This document shows, in pieces, positions 30,965 to 32,000 of a DNA stretch of 32,000 nucleotides. The notes beneath the pieces are model-generated. The model ran no database searches. It had not been told where the DNA came from and was given only the letters and a program-made list of their open reading frames with translations. Origin of the DNA: Methanobacteriota archaeon (GTDB lineage Archaea > JAADCQ01 > Methanopyri > Methanopyrales > Methanopyraceae). The DNA lies in NCBI GenBank assembly GCA_027064305.1, contig JAMOPY010000023.1, positions 16,569 through 48,568 on the forward strand, given 5' to 3'. Each line of letters begins with the position of its first letter. Position 1 is the first letter of the stretch. The position numbers and the translations under genes are program-made.

Positions 30965-32000
30965 GTGGACCTCTGGAAGCTCAACCGGAAGATGGCGCTG
31001 GCCACGGCCGCCGGCGTCGCCCTCCTCGCCCTGATGATCTGGTCGTTCAACCCGAGCCAGATAGCCTCCGCGCTCCGACGAGCGAACCCGTACATCCTGG
31101 TGCTGGCCACCCTCGCCCAGCTCGCCGACCTCCTCCTCTGGGCCGCCCGGTGGCACTTCGTGCTCCAACGAGCCGGCATCCGGGCCCCCTTCCGCCTCAC
31201 CTTCCTGATTAATAACGCGTCGATGCTCATCAACAACGTGACCCCGAGCGCCCGCAGCGGGGGCGAGCCCCTGCGCATCTACCTGCTCTCCCGACTCACC
31301 GGGTGCCGGGCCCGCGACGTGGCCTCCTCCGTGGTCATAGACCGGATCCTGGACTACTTCCCCCTCGTCGCGCTCCTGCTACTCGGACTCGCGTCGCTGC
31401 TCCAAAGCGGAAGCCGCATGACCCGACTGCTCGCGGCGGGCGTGCTGGTACTCACGCTCGCGCTCGCGTTTTCCGTCTGGATCATGGCCAACGAGAGGAT
31501 AATTCTCCGTTTCGGCACGCTCCTCTCCCGACTCCTGTCCCGAGCCCGACGGGACGACGTCGACGCGCGCCGCGTCGAGCGCTGGGTCCGGCGCTTCGTC
31601 CGCAACTTCCGGCGGCTGCTCTCCGACCCGTGCACGCTGGCCTGCGGCACCGCGATCTCCTCCGCCATCTGGACCTGCGAGGTCCTCCGCACCTACCTCG
31701 TCTTCACCGCCCTGGACCGCGCCGTGCCCCTGTCCGTGATCGTGGTGGGGTTCGCCGTCTCCATGCTCGTCGGCGCGCTGCCCCTGCTCCCCGGCGGCCT
31801 GGGCGCGATCGAGGTCTCCGCGGCCTCCGCGTACGCGGCGCTGGGCGTCGATCGGGGCATCAGCGCCGCCGCGGTCCTACTTGACAGGGTAATCTCTTAT
31901 TGGATGGTCAACGCGGTCGGGCTGGCGAGCCTACTGCACATCTCTCGCAGGAGGGGCAGGGGAGAGCTGCACGATGCCGTACGAGCTGGGCAAAGTGGAG
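30965..32000 (+). CDS. UPF0104 / lysyl-PG-synthase-TM ('flippase-like') family membrane protein, 3' end beyond the window
   Basis: Not in the ORF track because there is no stop within the window. My translation is VDLWKLNRKMALATAAGVALLALMIW...LLWAARWHFVLQRAGI...INNVTPSARSGGEPLRIYLL...LPLLPGGLGAIEVS, with 7-8 TM helices and the family P.r.GGE..R motif. The start is GTG 30965 or ATG 30992. Confidence 0.7.
   Translation, partial: MDLWKLNRKMALATAAGVALLALMIWSFNPSQIASALRRANPYILVLATLAQLADLLLWAARWHFVLQRAGIRAPFRLTFLINNASMLINNVTPSARSGGEPLRIYLLSRLTGCRARDVASSVVIDRILDYFPLVALLLLGLASLLQSGSRMTRLLAAGVLVLTLALAFSVWIMANERIILRFGTLLSRLLSRARRDDVDARRVERWVRRFVRNFRRLLSDPCTLACGTAISSAIWTCEVLRTYLVFTALDRAVPLSVIVVGFAVSMLVGALPLLPGGLGAIEVSAASAYAALGVDRGISAAAVLLDRVISYWMVNAVGLASLLHISRRRGRGELHDAVRAGQSG

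Noticed and set aside
31303-31884. 193-aa plus-strand and 112-aa minus-strand (31354-31692) track ORFs
   Set aside because: Both are Arg/Pro-rich. Both overlap the third frame, which encodes a convincing UPF0104 multi-TM protein. That frame is missing from the track only because it lacks a stop within the window.
1-32000. CRISPR arrays, transposases/IS elements, integrases, prophage genes, rRNA
   Set aside because: I found no periodic direct repeats, no terminal inverted repeats flanking ORFs and no recognisable recombinase or transposase motifs in any frame. The window looks like core chromosome.

Overview
Very GC-rich, extremely gene-dense archaeal chromosomal segment. I support about 40 genes. 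There is almost no intergenic DNA, many 4-nt start/stop overlaps, frequent GTG/TTG starts and G-rich Shine-Dalgarno motifs. All family calls come from motif recognition by eye, since no searches could be run.

The content is aIF5A, aRF1, diphthine synthase, a histone fold, pyruvoyl arginine decarboxylase, UPF0212, a tRNA gene with C at position 8, and Mur-ligase/MraY homologues. This points to a hyperthermophilic, pseudomurein-walled methanogen, most consistent with Methanopyrus kandleri (inference).

Layout:
- 1-4.4 kb: hypusine/polyamine module (aIF5A-agmatinase-deoxyhypusine synthase-membrane protein-pyrF on the minus strand, pdaD divergent).
- 4.3-9.9 kb: housekeeping genes (IMPase-like/MazG fusion, NAD kinase, histone fold, Nob1-like PIN, retropepsin-like protein, hemC, dphB, UPF0212).
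- 9.9-18.9 kb: the most interesting part. Eight co-directional, translationally coupled genes resemble a bacterial dcw cell-wall cluster. They are a PP-loop ATPase, a MurD-type ligase, an ATP-grasp ligase, an MraY-type transferase, a MurE/F-type ligase, an FtsQ-like POTRA protein, a secreted Ntn-like/Zn-ribbon protein and a polytopic membrane protein. The first gene starts inside the end of gltX.
- 18.9-24.0 kb: gltX, tRNA-Lys(UUU), argS, aRF1.
- 24.0-32 kb: pyrH, a small Zn-ribbon membrane protein, and a six-gene coupled minus-strand operon (uppS, PhoH+KH ATPase, small ORF, DUF364-like, NYN, methyltransferase). These are followed by a phosphodiesterase, a PUA-NOL1/NOP2/Sun RNA m5C methyltransferase and a UPF0104 flippase-like membrane protein running off the window.

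No CRISPR array, rRNA or mobile element was seen. Most long ORFs in the six-frame track are Arg/Pro/Gly-rich shadow ORFs of the real genes.
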